A DNA stretch of 64,000 nucleotides from Bacteroidales bacterium UBA1797. GTDB taxonomy: Bacteria > Bacteroidota > Bacteroidia > Bacteroidales > VadinHA17. The translations under genes and the position numbers were made by a program. The notes below the pieces were generated by a model, which was not told where the DNA came from, searched no databases, and was given only the letters and a program-made list of their open reading frames with translations. Location of the stretch: the NCBI GenBank assembly GCA_002319885.1, contig DCFT01000112.1:2820-66819 (forward strand), in the 5' to 3' direction. This document shows positions 48,192 through 57,056 of the stretch, one piece after another (the stretch's first letter is position 1; each line of letters starts with the position of its first letter).

Positions 48192-49511
48192 TTAAAGTGT
48201 TAAAGGAATACCCATATAATAATCCATGATCTTGTAACTTACTATGAGGTTATATTTTGATTGCAGTAATTCGCTTTCTGCAACTATCAGATTTGTTTTT
48301 GACACCAGATAATCGACCGAGTTGATTACTCCCTGTTTGAATTTTTCATCCGACAGAACGGAAGCTTCAAGAGTTGCCGAATAATTTTCCTTGCTTGCTT
48401 CATATTTGATCTGAGCTGAACTTACATCAACACAGGCCTGTTCAACGTTTTTCCTAAGAGTGTTTTTTGTATCTGTCTCACTCAACTCTGCGTTCTGATA
48501 ACCAATTTTCGCCACTGCGATACTGGTCTTAACCTGTTTTTTCTGATAAATAGGAATTGAAAGTGAGAGTCCTATGGTAGGATAAATCTGGTCGTTAAAC
48601 TGTCCGGAATAAGAGCTGCTGTTAAGACTTGAATACCCCGAGCTTATACCAGCATTCGCTGAAAGTGTCGGAAAAAGTGCCGTTCTGGCAACTTTCTCAT
48701 CATATGATGCAATTTCCCTGTTCAGAGCAGCATTTTTTATTTGCGGTTTTAATGTAAGTGCCTGTTCATATACAAGTTTAACATCGGGTATTCTTTTCTG
48801 ATTTAAAGATTCTGCGATATCGGGATGTGCGATATTAAAATTATCAGAGACAGGGAGTTCCATCAATTGCTCAAGTGTTACCCTGGCAATAACAAGTTGA
48901 CTCTGCGAATTAGCCAGAGTAAGCTTTTCACTGGCAAGCTGTGATTTAACCTGGGCGTAATCCGACTGTGAAATAGCTCTGAGCCTCAGCCTCTCCTCAG
49001 CCAGGTTTAGCTGACTGGAAGTAGATACAATCTGCTTCTCACTGTTACGTACCAGCTCTTCTGCATACAATATCTGAAGATATGCGTCGAGAATACTCAG
49101 GCTGATTGATTCCTTGGTAGTCTCCAGTGAATACTTGCCGCTTTCAATGCTGAGATTTGCCTGTATTATAAGGTCAGTAAGCTTTGATGCGTTGAAAATA
49201 GTGACACCCGTATTAATTGAATAACTCGAACCGTTGCTCCCTTTTAACCCTGATTCACCTGTTACAGAACTTTTAGACCAGTTAAAATTCTGACCTATTG
49301 AAGCATTTGCTGATGGGAAGCGCTGTGCCTTAGCCTGTTCAGCATAAACCATATATTGTTGGTTAATGAGTTCGCTTTTCCTTACCTGGATATTTCGGGT
49401 TAACGCGTAATCAATGCATTTTTCAAGAGTCCAGGCGCTGTCTTGTTGGGCGAAAATGTTTTCACTCATCATAAGCAGACTTAAGCTCAGTATCAAAATC
49501 AATTTTTTCAT
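48192..49511 (-). CDS. TolC-family outer-membrane efflux protein
   Basis: 439-aa ORF with a signal peptide and two repeats of the TolC-like coiled-coil/barrel pattern (WTLEKCIDYALTRNIQVR...). It is the first gene of the efflux operon. Confidence 0.9.
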   Translation of the reverse strand: MKKLILILSLSLLMMSENIFAQQDSAWTLEKCIDYALTRNIQVRKSELINQQYMVYAEQAKAQRFPSANASIGQNFNWSKSSVTGESGLKGSNGSSYSINTGVTIFNASKLTDLIIQANLSIESGKYSLETTKESISLSILDAYLQILYAEELVRNSEKQIVSTSSQLNLAEERLRLRAISQSDYAQVKSQLASEKLTLANSQSQLVIARVTLEQLMELPVSDNFNIAHPDIAESLNQKRIPDVKLVYEQALTLKPQIKNAALNREIASYDEKVARTALFPTLSANAGISSGYSSLNSSSYSGQFNDQIYPTIGLSLSIPIYQKKQVKTSIAVAKIGYQNAELSETDTKNTLRKNVEQACVDVSSAQIKYEASKENYSATLEASVLSDEKFKQGVINSVDYLVSKTNLIVAESELLQSKYNLIVSYKIMDYYMGIPLTL

Positions 49512-49811
49512 AAAAGTTTTTAATTTTGGGATAAATGTATGGTGAGACAGTACCCTGTAAAAACTTAATAGAAGTATTGACCTATTTTACCGACAGAAGG
49601 AGCTATTTCAGGTATAAATGATACCCGTTTAATTAGTTAACGAATAAAAAAAACAGTTTTCATGCATTCGTAAATTAAATTTTGGAGTAATTAATCATTA
49701 AAAATAATCCCAAAATGTGCTTACCTTTGAAAGAGATAAATGCACAGATTCGACCAAAGTTTTAGATTGTGATCTACTATATTCAGACAACATAAAAAGT
49801 AATACATAAAC

Positions 49812-50576
49812 ATGAAAAATATTTCCCGCCGCGATATGGTACAAATATCGGGACTGTCAGCTGTAGGTTCATTAATTGGAGTATCAGCATTTTCAAAAGC
49901 CTCAGGAAAAGACAAATCCTCAGGGAACAAGCTTAAAATTATTGTTATGGGTGCCCATCCTGATGACCCGGAAAGCGGATGCGGAGGAACAATGGCATTA
50001 TTTTCAGCAGCAGGGCATGAAGTTGTATCCGCTTATCTCACCCGTGGAGAAGCAGGTATTACCGGCAAATCATACGATGAAGCAGCCAGAATAAGAACTG
50101 AAGAAGCTTTGAAAGCATGTAAAATTTTAAATGCCAGGGCAGAGTTTCTCGGACAGATCGATGGAAGTACTGAAATAACAAAAGAACGTTATGCTGAGAT
50201 AAATACTTTCTTTGAACGTGAAAATCCCGATATAGTTTTTACTCACTGGCCCGTAGATAGCCACAGGGATCACAGGATCTGCTCTATTTTAGCATATGAC
50301 GCCTGGCTTAATCTGGGGAAGAAATATGATTTATATTACTTTGAGGTTGATTCGGGAATTCAGACACAAAATTTTTTACCCTCAACCTATGTAAATATCG
50401 GTCCGGTAATAACAAAAAAGGGTTCAGCCTGTATGGCACATGCCAGCCAGGACCCTGAAGACTTTTATTTAAATATCCATAAAAAAATGGAAAAATTCAG
50501 GGGCCTGGAATATAATTGCGAATTCGCTGAGGCTTTTGTCAGACATAATCAAAATCCGCAGACACTGATCGGCTAA
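49812..50576 (+). CDS. PIG-L/LmbE-family deacetylase with Tat-like signal
   Basis: 254-aa ORF. The N-terminus is RRDMVQISGLSAVGSLIG. The family motif is IIVMGAHPDDPESGCGGTMA, followed by ...HWPVDSHRDH. Confidence 0.8.
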   Translation: MKNISRRDMVQISGLSAVGSLIGVSAFSKASGKDKSSGNKLKIIVMGAHPDDPESGCGGTMALFSAAGHEVVSAYLTRGEAGITGKSYDEAARIRTEEALKACKILNARAEFLGQIDGSTEITKERYAEINTFFERENPDIVFTHWPVDSHRDHRICSILAYDAWLNLGKKYDLYYFEVDSGIQTQNFLPSTYVNIGPVITKKGSACMAHASQDPEDFYLNIHKKMEKFRGLEYNCEFAEAFVRHNQNPQTLIG

Positions 50577-50587
50577 TGCAAAAAGGA

Positions 50588-51526
50588 TTATCTTACCGTT
50601 GTTTTAATCATTAACAAATTTGCTTCAAGCCCATCAAGGTAAATAAGGGCCCATGAAAGGGGATTCAGGGAGAAATTCATCTGTGATCCTGGCTCTCCTC
50701 CAAAACCGTCTTCCCTGTAATCAAAAATTAAAGGCGCATCCTTGGCAAGACTTTCATAGCCAGAACTTTTCCCTAATTCCAGAATAAGATTTTTTAGAGA
50801 GGTCTGCAGCTCATTTCCAGGAAATGGTCCCTCAGGATTCAAAATTGCATCTGCAGCCAATCCTCTTGCCTCAGGACGCCACAAATTTCCAGGATTACTA
50901 TTCCATTGTTCTCTGGAGAGACCTTCCTGTTTTAATATCTTATCCTGATATTCATTCACGATATTTAATACTTCATCAATTTTCAGATTTACTGTCGATT
51001 GCTGATGCTTTTCAGGAAACTGTATCAATGCTTCTTCCTGCCTTTTATAGTCTCGTGATAAATTATAGCTGTCATCAATAACCTCCCTGGAAACATTCAA
51101 TGCGAGCATACATGAAAAAACGGAATTGAGAGCCAGGAGCATGAGAACAAATACTGTATTGTAGATATTAAAATTCTTGTTTTTCGATGTAACAACCAAA
51201 AAGACTGGAAGAAAAACAATATATGGAAATGGAAGTGCAATCAGCAGTGCGAGGCCCGCAAAAGGCCAATGCTGTATTTTAAAAAGCATTCCGGTGAAAA
51301 CAACAAAACAGGTAATATATGTTACAATATAAAGTAGCCTGTTCTGATTATTTCCTTCAGCTTTATAACTATTTATCAACGAAGCAGGAAGGAATATCAG
51401 AACGAGTATCAAAGTTCCGACAGCGATCAAAATTTGTCCCATTGGCCAATGCTCCACTTTAAGTATTAATCCGGTGGAAATGATCATAGCCGAAATTACC
51501 CCGAGAATATATAGCTTTTGTTTCAT
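50588..51526 (-). CDS. Membrane protein: two GldL/PorL-like 'K(V/I)xHWP' TM hairpins + GldM-like TM anchor and periplasmic domain
   Basis: 312-aa ORF. The hairpins are ILKVEHWPMGQ and LFKIQHWPFAG. The third TM, ...LLALNSVFSCMLALNVSREVI, resembles the GldM/PorM N-terminal anchor (LALNVSKEVL-like, from memory). A soluble C-terminal domain of about 165 aa follows. Confidence 0.5.
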   Translation of the reverse strand: MKQKLYILGVISAMIISTGLILKVEHWPMGQILIAVGTLILVLIFLPASLINSYKAEGNNQNRLLYIVTYITCFVVFTGMLFKIQHWPFAGLALLIALPFPYIVFLPVFLVVTSKNKNFNIYNTVFVLMLLALNSVFSCMLALNVSREVIDDSYNLSRDYKRQEEALIQFPEKHQQSTVNLKIDEVLNIVNEYQDKILKQEGLSREQWNSNPGNLWRPEARGLAADAILNPEGPFPGNELQTSLKNLILELGKSSGYESLAKDAPLIFDYREDGFGGEPGSQMNFSLNPLSWALIYLDGLEANLLMIKTTVR

Positions 51527-51631
51527 ATTAATATATTTTTGATTTTAAAGAATTATGCATCCAACAATCTGATGCTTTAAACAATCGAACATCAGGTTTG
51601 TAAAAGCGTTGGAGTTCATAATCTTATGTAA

Positions 51632-53071
51632 TTAGTTGTTATGATTTGCAATTGTATTTAATACATATGACTCAACAGTAAGAAGTCCGTTTTTCATAAT
51701 TTCAAGAGTGTGAAGGCCAGCCATTAAAGATATTTCACCTTTGTAGGGGTTTCCTGAAGGTAGAAATATATCTGTATCAAGCATTTTTTTATATTTCAGC
51801 AAATCTTCTCCAGGAATTATGCTGGCTAAATAGCTTTCGTATTCTGCTATTGAAGAATTAAGTCCATTACGGGTAGTGCAGCCAGGGGTAAGAAATGCCC
51901 TTGCAGGGCCGGGATCGAAAGGTTTGGAAAGTTCGGAATACATTATTTCCTGACCGGTATCCGTCTGACTTATCTGGCGGGCACTTACTGCGGGCTTGCC
52001 AGGTTGTCCTTCCGATTCCTGAACCATCTTCTTCTGGATATTGCTTAGAATTGTAAGAATTTCGGTAGTTTTTGAATGCAGCCGTTCTATCTCATTGTAA
52101 TGTAATGAGTCTTTAAATCTTGTGATCTCAGAACTGTTATGCCTGTACAGGTAATTATATAATGCCTTTTGCTGGTCATTATATGGATAGTAATATGCCT
52201 GGTATGAATGCTGCAGGCTCAGGGTTAACATGGCTCCCGGGACAACAATTAACAAGTAACCAATGACCATAAAAATGAACTTTGGATTAACATAATTTTC
52301 CTCCTTCCAGGTAAGCCTGGTATATATCGGGAATGCAATAAAGCATAAAAGTATTATCCCAATAATTATAAATATGGTTGCTAGCGGCCAGTGTTGTAAC
52401 TTAAACAGCATGCCTGCAAAAAAAAGTGCAGTTCCGAGTCCTCCTAGCCAGTAAACCTGTCGCTTTGACTTGTTTTGCTGATCGGACGATCTGTTCTGGA
52501 CCAGTGCCGGAATAAAAAACAGAATACCAAATAATGCAGCAAGGGTTAGAAGTGCTCCTGCAAAAGGCCAGTGCTGAACTTTAAAGAGGGTCCCGAAAAT
52601 AAACAGCATCCCGGCAGCAAAAGCTGATGAAACCAGGAAAAGTCTTTTCCTGTTATGAGTCTCTTTCCAAAGGACACTAAGGGCTGAAGGCAGAAAAATA
52701 AAAGCAAGAATTAAAGCCCCAAGAGTCATCAGTACCCCTGCGAGAGGCCAGTGCTGAATTTTGAACAATGCTGCAAAGCCAAACATGACAGTGCCTGCAA
52801 CGCCTGAAATTTTCATTGTGTTTTTCATATATCGGTATTTTGTGTCAACTGCATAAAGCGTTTCTTTCTGGATCTCTTTAAGCCGGCGTGACCCCATTTT
52901 TTGTCTGACATTCCTGTAGGCCTCAGAAAAACTCAGACCATTCTGCATCTCGTTCTCCACGTCACAACATACATGATCAATGAGATCCTCCAGCAAATGG
53001 GAAAATGATATCTCCTCTCTGCTAATGTCCCTGCTTATCTGATCAATATGTTGCAGACTAAGTTCAGGCAT
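51632..53071 (-). CDS. Membrane protein: PadR-partner-like cytoplasmic N-domain + three GldL/PorL-like 'LFKxQHWP' TM hairpins + periplasmic domain
   Basis: 479-aa ORF. The helical N-terminus is LLEDLIDHVCCDVENEMQNGLSFSEAYRNV. Three repeats of about 60 aa are centred on LFKIQHWPLAG, LFKVQHWPFAG and LFKLQHWPLAT. A further TM segment and a C-terminal domain of about 190 aa follow. The start overlaps the PadR gene by 8 nt. Confidence 0.5.
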   Translation of the reverse strand: MPELSLQHIDQISRDISREEISFSHLLEDLIDHVCCDVENEMQNGLSFSEAYRNVRQKMGSRRLKEIQKETLYAVDTKYRYMKNTMKISGVAGTVMFGFAALFKIQHWPLAGVLMTLGALILAFIFLPSALSVLWKETHNRKRLFLVSSAFAAGMLFIFGTLFKVQHWPFAGALLTLAALFGILFFIPALVQNRSSDQQNKSKRQVYWLGGLGTALFFAGMLFKLQHWPLATIFIIIGIILLCFIAFPIYTRLTWKEENYVNPKFIFMVIGYLLIVVPGAMLTLSLQHSYQAYYYPYNDQQKALYNYLYRHNSSEITRFKDSLHYNEIERLHSKTTEILTILSNIQKKMVQESEGQPGKPAVSARQISQTDTGQEIMYSELSKPFDPGPARAFLTPGCTTRNGLNSSIAEYESYLASIIPGEDLLKYKKMLDTDIFLPSGNPYKGEISLMAGLHTLEIMKNGLLTVESYVLNTIANHNN

Positions 53072-53408
53072 GGCTTATTCCTGGTTTGGTATCGACAATC
53101 TGCTGAAGTGATTCGATGAACTCGCTGAGTTCTTTGATTCTTTCAGCGACAACGGTATGACCTTTAGGCGTAAGACTATAGTAGATCCTTATTCTGTTAT
53201 TAAAATTTTCTGAAGCAGTTACCAGGGACCCATCCTTTTCCAGTTTATGAAGGATTGGATAGAGTGCTCCATAGGTTAGTTTCATTTTCCCTGAGGTCAG
53301 TTCCTCCACTTTGCGTGTTATAGCATATCCGTGCATTGGCCCTTCCTCTTTTAACAGTTTCAGGACAATGGTTTTTAGAGATCCTTTTATCAGGTCTGAT
53401 GGTATCAT
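53064..53408 (-). CDS. PadR-family transcriptional regulator
   Basis: 114-aa ORF. GSLKTIVLKLLKEEGPMHGYAITRKVEELTSGKMKLTYGALYPILHKLEKDGSLV is a typical PadR winged helix. Confidence 0.85.
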   Translation of the reverse strand: MIPSDLIKGSLKTIVLKLLKEEGPMHGYAITRKVEELTSGKMKLTYGALYPILHKLEKDGSLVTASENFNNRIRIYYSLTPKGHTVVAERIKELSEFIESLQQIVDTKPGISHA

Positions 53409-53461
53409 AGTTTAATATATTAATAGTATAATAAAATTATATATAATTTGTTTATATATTG

Positions 53462-53469
53462 CAAATATA
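53462..53469 (-). promoter_or_regulatory. Candidate -7 promoter box TATATTTG for the PadR-led operon
   Basis: The minus strand reads TATATTTGCA, 54 nt upstream of the PadR ATG. It is the same 10-mer as at the trp and mutL upstream regions. Confidence 0.35.
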
Positions 53470-53564
53470 AAATATTATATTTTATAAAAACAAATTAATC
53501 AAAAAAAAATTTTGTTGCATGAAACGGTGATATTATCATAATTCCTCTTATTCACTGTATTATT

Positions 53565-53870
53565 TTAAAAATCACTCCGGAATTCACAATCCGCTACTGA
53601 TATACACTGGCTATAATAAGCAGGATCTAGATGAATTATCCCACGAATATGATCCAGCATTATGACAAATGAACATAATGCAATATATGGATATTGTTTC
53701 CCCAACCAGTTCCATTGTTCCTTTACTATAATTCCATTGTCAGACAAGTGCATCGATTTATTCGCAATCCAGCCAAATGAATTGTTGTGATTCCTTACAC
53801 ATATAGTATAAAATAGTGCCGTCCTGACGTATAATCAAACCCGGACAAGCTGTTAAGTTTCCTGTGCATC
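53565..53870 (-). pseudogene. Decayed Y1 (IS200/IS605-superfamily, RAYT-like) transposase remnant
   Basis: The 62-aa ORF ...KEQWNWLGKQYPYIALCSFVIMLDHIRGIIHL resembles the W..l...yp...ld.fVIMPNHIHGII core with the HUH motif degraded (H-I-R). An upstream piece in another frame (PGLIIRQDGTILYYMCKESQQFIWLDCE*) resembles the N-terminal YDYSQ.G.YFITICTK part, so a frameshift and a stop are present. The C-terminal Tyr region is missing. Confidence 0.45.
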
Positions 53871-54002
53871 TGATTAAACAATAATATTGTTTCTGACCAG
53901 CGAGATCATATATAGCTAATTTTAAGCAAATTAGAAATTACAATCAAAATTTGTCTGAAAATATTTGTCTTTTATTAAAATGTATCATAAATTTGACCAT
54001 TC

Positions 54003-54037
54003 GGTTAAACTCAATAGTTAAACTAACAGGTTAAAAA
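54003..54037 (+). promoter_or_regulatory. Three GTTAAA(C) repeats immediately upstream of the TetR gene (candidate operator)
   Basis: ggttaaac is at 54003-54010, gttaaac at 54017-54023 and ggttaaaaa at 54029-54037. The unit is nearly self-complementary (GTTAAAC versus GTTTAAC). Confidence 0.3.
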
Positions 54038-54649
54038 ATGAGTGAAAATGAAAAACTGACTGAGGAAAAAATCTTCGAGGCTGCAACAGTTGTCTTTGAA
54101 GAGGAAGGACTATCAGGTGCACGAATGCAGACAATAGCTGACCGTGCCGGCATAAATAAAGCATTGCTTCATTATTACTTCCGGACAAAAGATCACCTTT
54201 TTGAAGCCGTCTTTACAAAACTTGCAAAGAAAATGTTTAGCAAATTCAATCCTATTTTTGAAAAAGAGCTTTCACTTGAAGAAAAAATCAGATTCTTTTT
54301 CAGGGAGCATATTTCTTTTATGCAACATAATCCAAAACTCCCGGGCTTTATAATAAACGAAATTAATCATAACCCTCAAAGGATTAAAAAGCTTCTGAGC
54401 AATATCGACTTTAAAAAATTATGGTCAACTATACTGGAACATCACGCTCATGAACTGTATAAATACAATATAACAGAGGAAAACCTCCCACAGATTATGA
54501 CAACAATTGCATCTCTTAGTGTGTTTCCCTTTGCAGCAAGAGGTATTCTTGAAATAGTATTTAACAATTACGGAGTCAATTTTGATAAGTATATTGAAGA
54601 TAGAAAGACCTTTGCAGCGGATTTTGTAATCAAAGCTATAACAAAATAA
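54038..54649 (+). CDS. TetR/AcrR-family transcriptional regulator
   Basis: 203-aa ORF with HTH region ARMQTIADRAGINKALLHYYFRTKDHLFEAVF. Confidence 0.9.
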   Translation: MSENEKLTEEKIFEAATVVFEEEGLSGARMQTIADRAGINKALLHYYFRTKDHLFEAVFTKLAKKMFSKFNPIFEKELSLEEKIRFFFREHISFMQHNPKLPGFIINEINHNPQRIKKLLSNIDFKKLWSTILEHHAHELYKYNITEENLPQIMTTIASLSVFPFAARGILEIVFNNYGVNFDKYIEDRKTFAADFVIKAITK

Positions 54650-54710
54650 AGAAGACTCCTTCGCACGCAGCTTAGCTCAATTTTAAAATTAAAATACTAA
54701 ATCTATATAA

Positions 54711-56009
54711 ATGAGAAGAAGAGAATTGATAATAATGATTATACTGCTTCTGGGACAGTTTCCACTTCAGGCCCAGAAGATACTGACTCTGCAAGAGTGC
54801 TATGACCAGGCTATGAAAGCTAATGCCCTGGCTGCTGAAAAAAATGGCTATGCCGATATTTCAAAACTGAGAGATGAAAATCTGGCAAAGGGATGGCTCC
54901 CTACTCTAGATGCTAACGGAAGTTTCATCTATAATTCTTCCGTGCTCGATATGGGGAGTGTCCTGGGATCTCTTCCAATACCAGGTATAGCAGGTGCAAT
55001 CAAGCCGCTCCCGAATGAACAATATAAAATTACTCTCGATATAAACCAGGTTATTTATGACGGAGGAGCTATCAAAGGCGCCAGGGCAATTGAAAAGGCT
55101 GACCTTAGCATTAATGAAAAACAGACCGAAACTGACCTGTATAAGCTTCGGGAGCAGATAAACGGCTATTATTTCAATATTTTGCTGCTGGCCCGACAGA
55201 AAGAGCTTTTGAATAATTATATGGAAATTATTAAAAAACGTATCGGGTCAATACAATCAGGAATAAACAATGGCGTAATAATAAAGTCAGATGAAGATGT
55301 ACTGACGTCTGAAAAGATAAATCTTGAACAACAACTTGCTGAAAATGAGATCAGGAAAAATGCCTTTATGAAGATCCTGTCCGATATTACAGGTAATGAG
55401 ATCAGCAGTTCAACTGAGTTAATTATGCCTTCACCTCCTACAGAACTGACAAATGAATTATCACGTCCCGAATTGCAGCTTTTCGATTTAAGGAAGGAAC
55501 AACTGGATGCGGGGATGAAGGTTATTGAAAGCAAAAGAATGCCTAAAGCGTTTGGATTTGCTACCATCGGTTATGGCAATCCTCCCGGAAGTAATTTCTT
55601 TAAAAATGAGTTTGCTCCTTATTATGTTCTCGGAGCAGGCATAAAATGGAATATATTCGACTGGAACAAATCAAGAAATGAAAAACAAATTATCTCATTT
55701 CAGCAAAATATTATGCAGAACAGGAAGAATGATCTTTCTGATAACTTAAAAAGACTACTTGATTTAAAATATGCCGAAATAGAAAGTCTCAAAACTCTTA
55801 ATGAAACCGATTCCAGCCTTATAGCCCTGAGGAAACGAATAACTGCCTCTGCCGAATCGCAATATCAGAACGGCACTATTACAGCAACTGACTACCTGAA
55901 TCAACTTGACGCTGAACGACAGGCTATGATAAATTCAGAGATCCATAAAATAAGCCTTTCAATGAGAAGAATCGAATACCTGAATATCAGCGGAAAAGAG
56001 ATAGAATAG
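54711..56009 (+). CDS. TolC-family outer-membrane efflux protein
   Basis: 432-aa ORF with a signal peptide. It has the TolC-like start LTLQECYDQAMKANAL and a duplicated coiled-coil/barrel layout. Confidence 0.85.
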   Translation: MRRRELIIMIILLLGQFPLQAQKILTLQECYDQAMKANALAAEKNGYADISKLRDENLAKGWLPTLDANGSFIYNSSVLDMGSVLGSLPIPGIAGAIKPLPNEQYKITLDINQVIYDGGAIKGARAIEKADLSINEKQTETDLYKLREQINGYYFNILLLARQKELLNNYMEIIKKRIGSIQSGINNGVIIKSDEDVLTSEKINLEQQLAENEIRKNAFMKILSDITGNEISSSTELIMPSPPTELTNELSRPELQLFDLRKEQLDAGMKVIESKRMPKAFGFATIGYGNPPGSNFFKNEFAPYYVLGAGIKWNIFDWNKSRNEKQIISFQQNIMQNRKNDLSDNLKRLLDLKYAEIESLKTLNETDSSLIALRKRITASAESQYQNGTITATDYLNQLDAERQAMINSEIHKISLSMRRIEYLNISGKEIE

Positions 56010-56092
56010 CCCAACTGTGATAGCAGGACCCCATCCCCCCTTGGGCCAATCTCCACAGATAAGGTTATGTATAATAAAAGATCAATAATTAA

Positions 56093-56115
56093 CCCCCTTT
56101 AGAGGGGCAGGGGGC
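56093..56115. repeat. C-tract/G-tract motif CCCCC-TTTAGA-GGGGCAGGGGGC (with a second C-rich stretch at 56028-56046)
   Basis: Read directly from the sequence. It lies in the 149-nt gap between the TolC-like and HlyD-like genes. Confidence 0.4.
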
Positions 56116-56158
56116 AAAAGGTGAAAATAAATCAATAAAAAACTAACAATATAACAAC

Positions 56159-57052
56159 ATGAAAACCAGATCACTAATAATAATCACAGCAGTGCTCTTA
56201 GTCGGATGCAAAAACAATACCGACAAAGCTGATGCATACGGCAATTTTGAAGCAACAGAAGTTATTATTTCTTCTGAAACAAACGGAAGAATCCTGCATC
56301 TGGATCCCACTGAGGGCTCAAAGATTGATGAAGGCTCTGCAATAGCGCTTATCGATACAACCATATTTCATCTGCAGAAAGAAGAAATAAATGCTGCCAT
56401 GAGAAATGTTGTAACACGAGTCGCTTTAATCAATGCCCAGAATGATATTCTAACACAGCAGATAGCAAACATCAATATAAATATATCTAGGATCGGAAAG
56501 ATGTTGAAAGATGATGCTGCCACTCAAAAACAATATGATGATCTGGCAGGTCAGGTTGCCGTTCTGCAGAAACAAATCAATGCCAACAACACACAAAAAG
56601 AATCAGTGGCAGCTGAGCTCTCTGTAAATGAATCAAAGAAAGCAACTTTAAATGAACAGATTAAAAGGTGTACGGTAAAAAGCCCCCTTAAAGGAACTGT
56701 AATTGAAAAATATGCCGAAGCCGGAGAAATAACGGCTGCCGGCAAACCATTGGTAAAAATTGCAGATCTGTCAGTTATCAAACTTAAAGTTTTCGTAAGC
56801 GGAGCGCAAATTGGTAAAATAAAGACCGGAGAAAAATGTACAATAAGGATCGATAATGGTGTAAATGGATATAGTTCATTTCCGGGAACAATAAGTTACA
56901 TATCGGAGAAAGCAGAATTTACTCCCAAAATAATTCAGACAAAAGACGAAAGAGTAGTCCTTGTTTATGCAGTAAATATTGATGTAGTAAATGACGGATC
57001 TCTAAAATCAGGGATGCCGGGTGAAGCGCTTTTCAATATAGAAAATAAATGA
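56159..57052 (+). CDS. HlyD-family periplasmic adaptor lipoprotein
   Basis: 297-aa ORF with lipobox LLVGCKNN, a coiled-coil centre and the motif VKSPLKGTVIEKYAEAGE. Confidence 0.85.
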   Translation: MKTRSLIIITAVLLVGCKNNTDKADAYGNFEATEVIISSETNGRILHLDPTEGSKIDEGSAIALIDTTIFHLQKEEINAAMRNVVTRVALINAQNDILTQQIANININISRIGKMLKDDAATQKQYDDLAGQVAVLQKQINANNTQKESVAAELSVNESKKATLNEQIKRCTVKSPLKGTVIEKYAEAGEITAAGKPLVKIADLSVIKLKVFVSGAQIGKIKTGEKCTIRIDNGVNGYSSFPGTISYISEKAEFTPKIIQTKDERVVLVYAVNIDVVNDGSLKSGMPGEALFNIENK

Positions 57053-57056
57053 TAAT

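Noticed and set aside
49721-49930. 69-aa minus-strand ORF overlapping the start of the PIG-L deacetylase gene.
   Set aside because: It overlaps a well-supported plus-strand gene and its upstream region, and it has no recognisable features.
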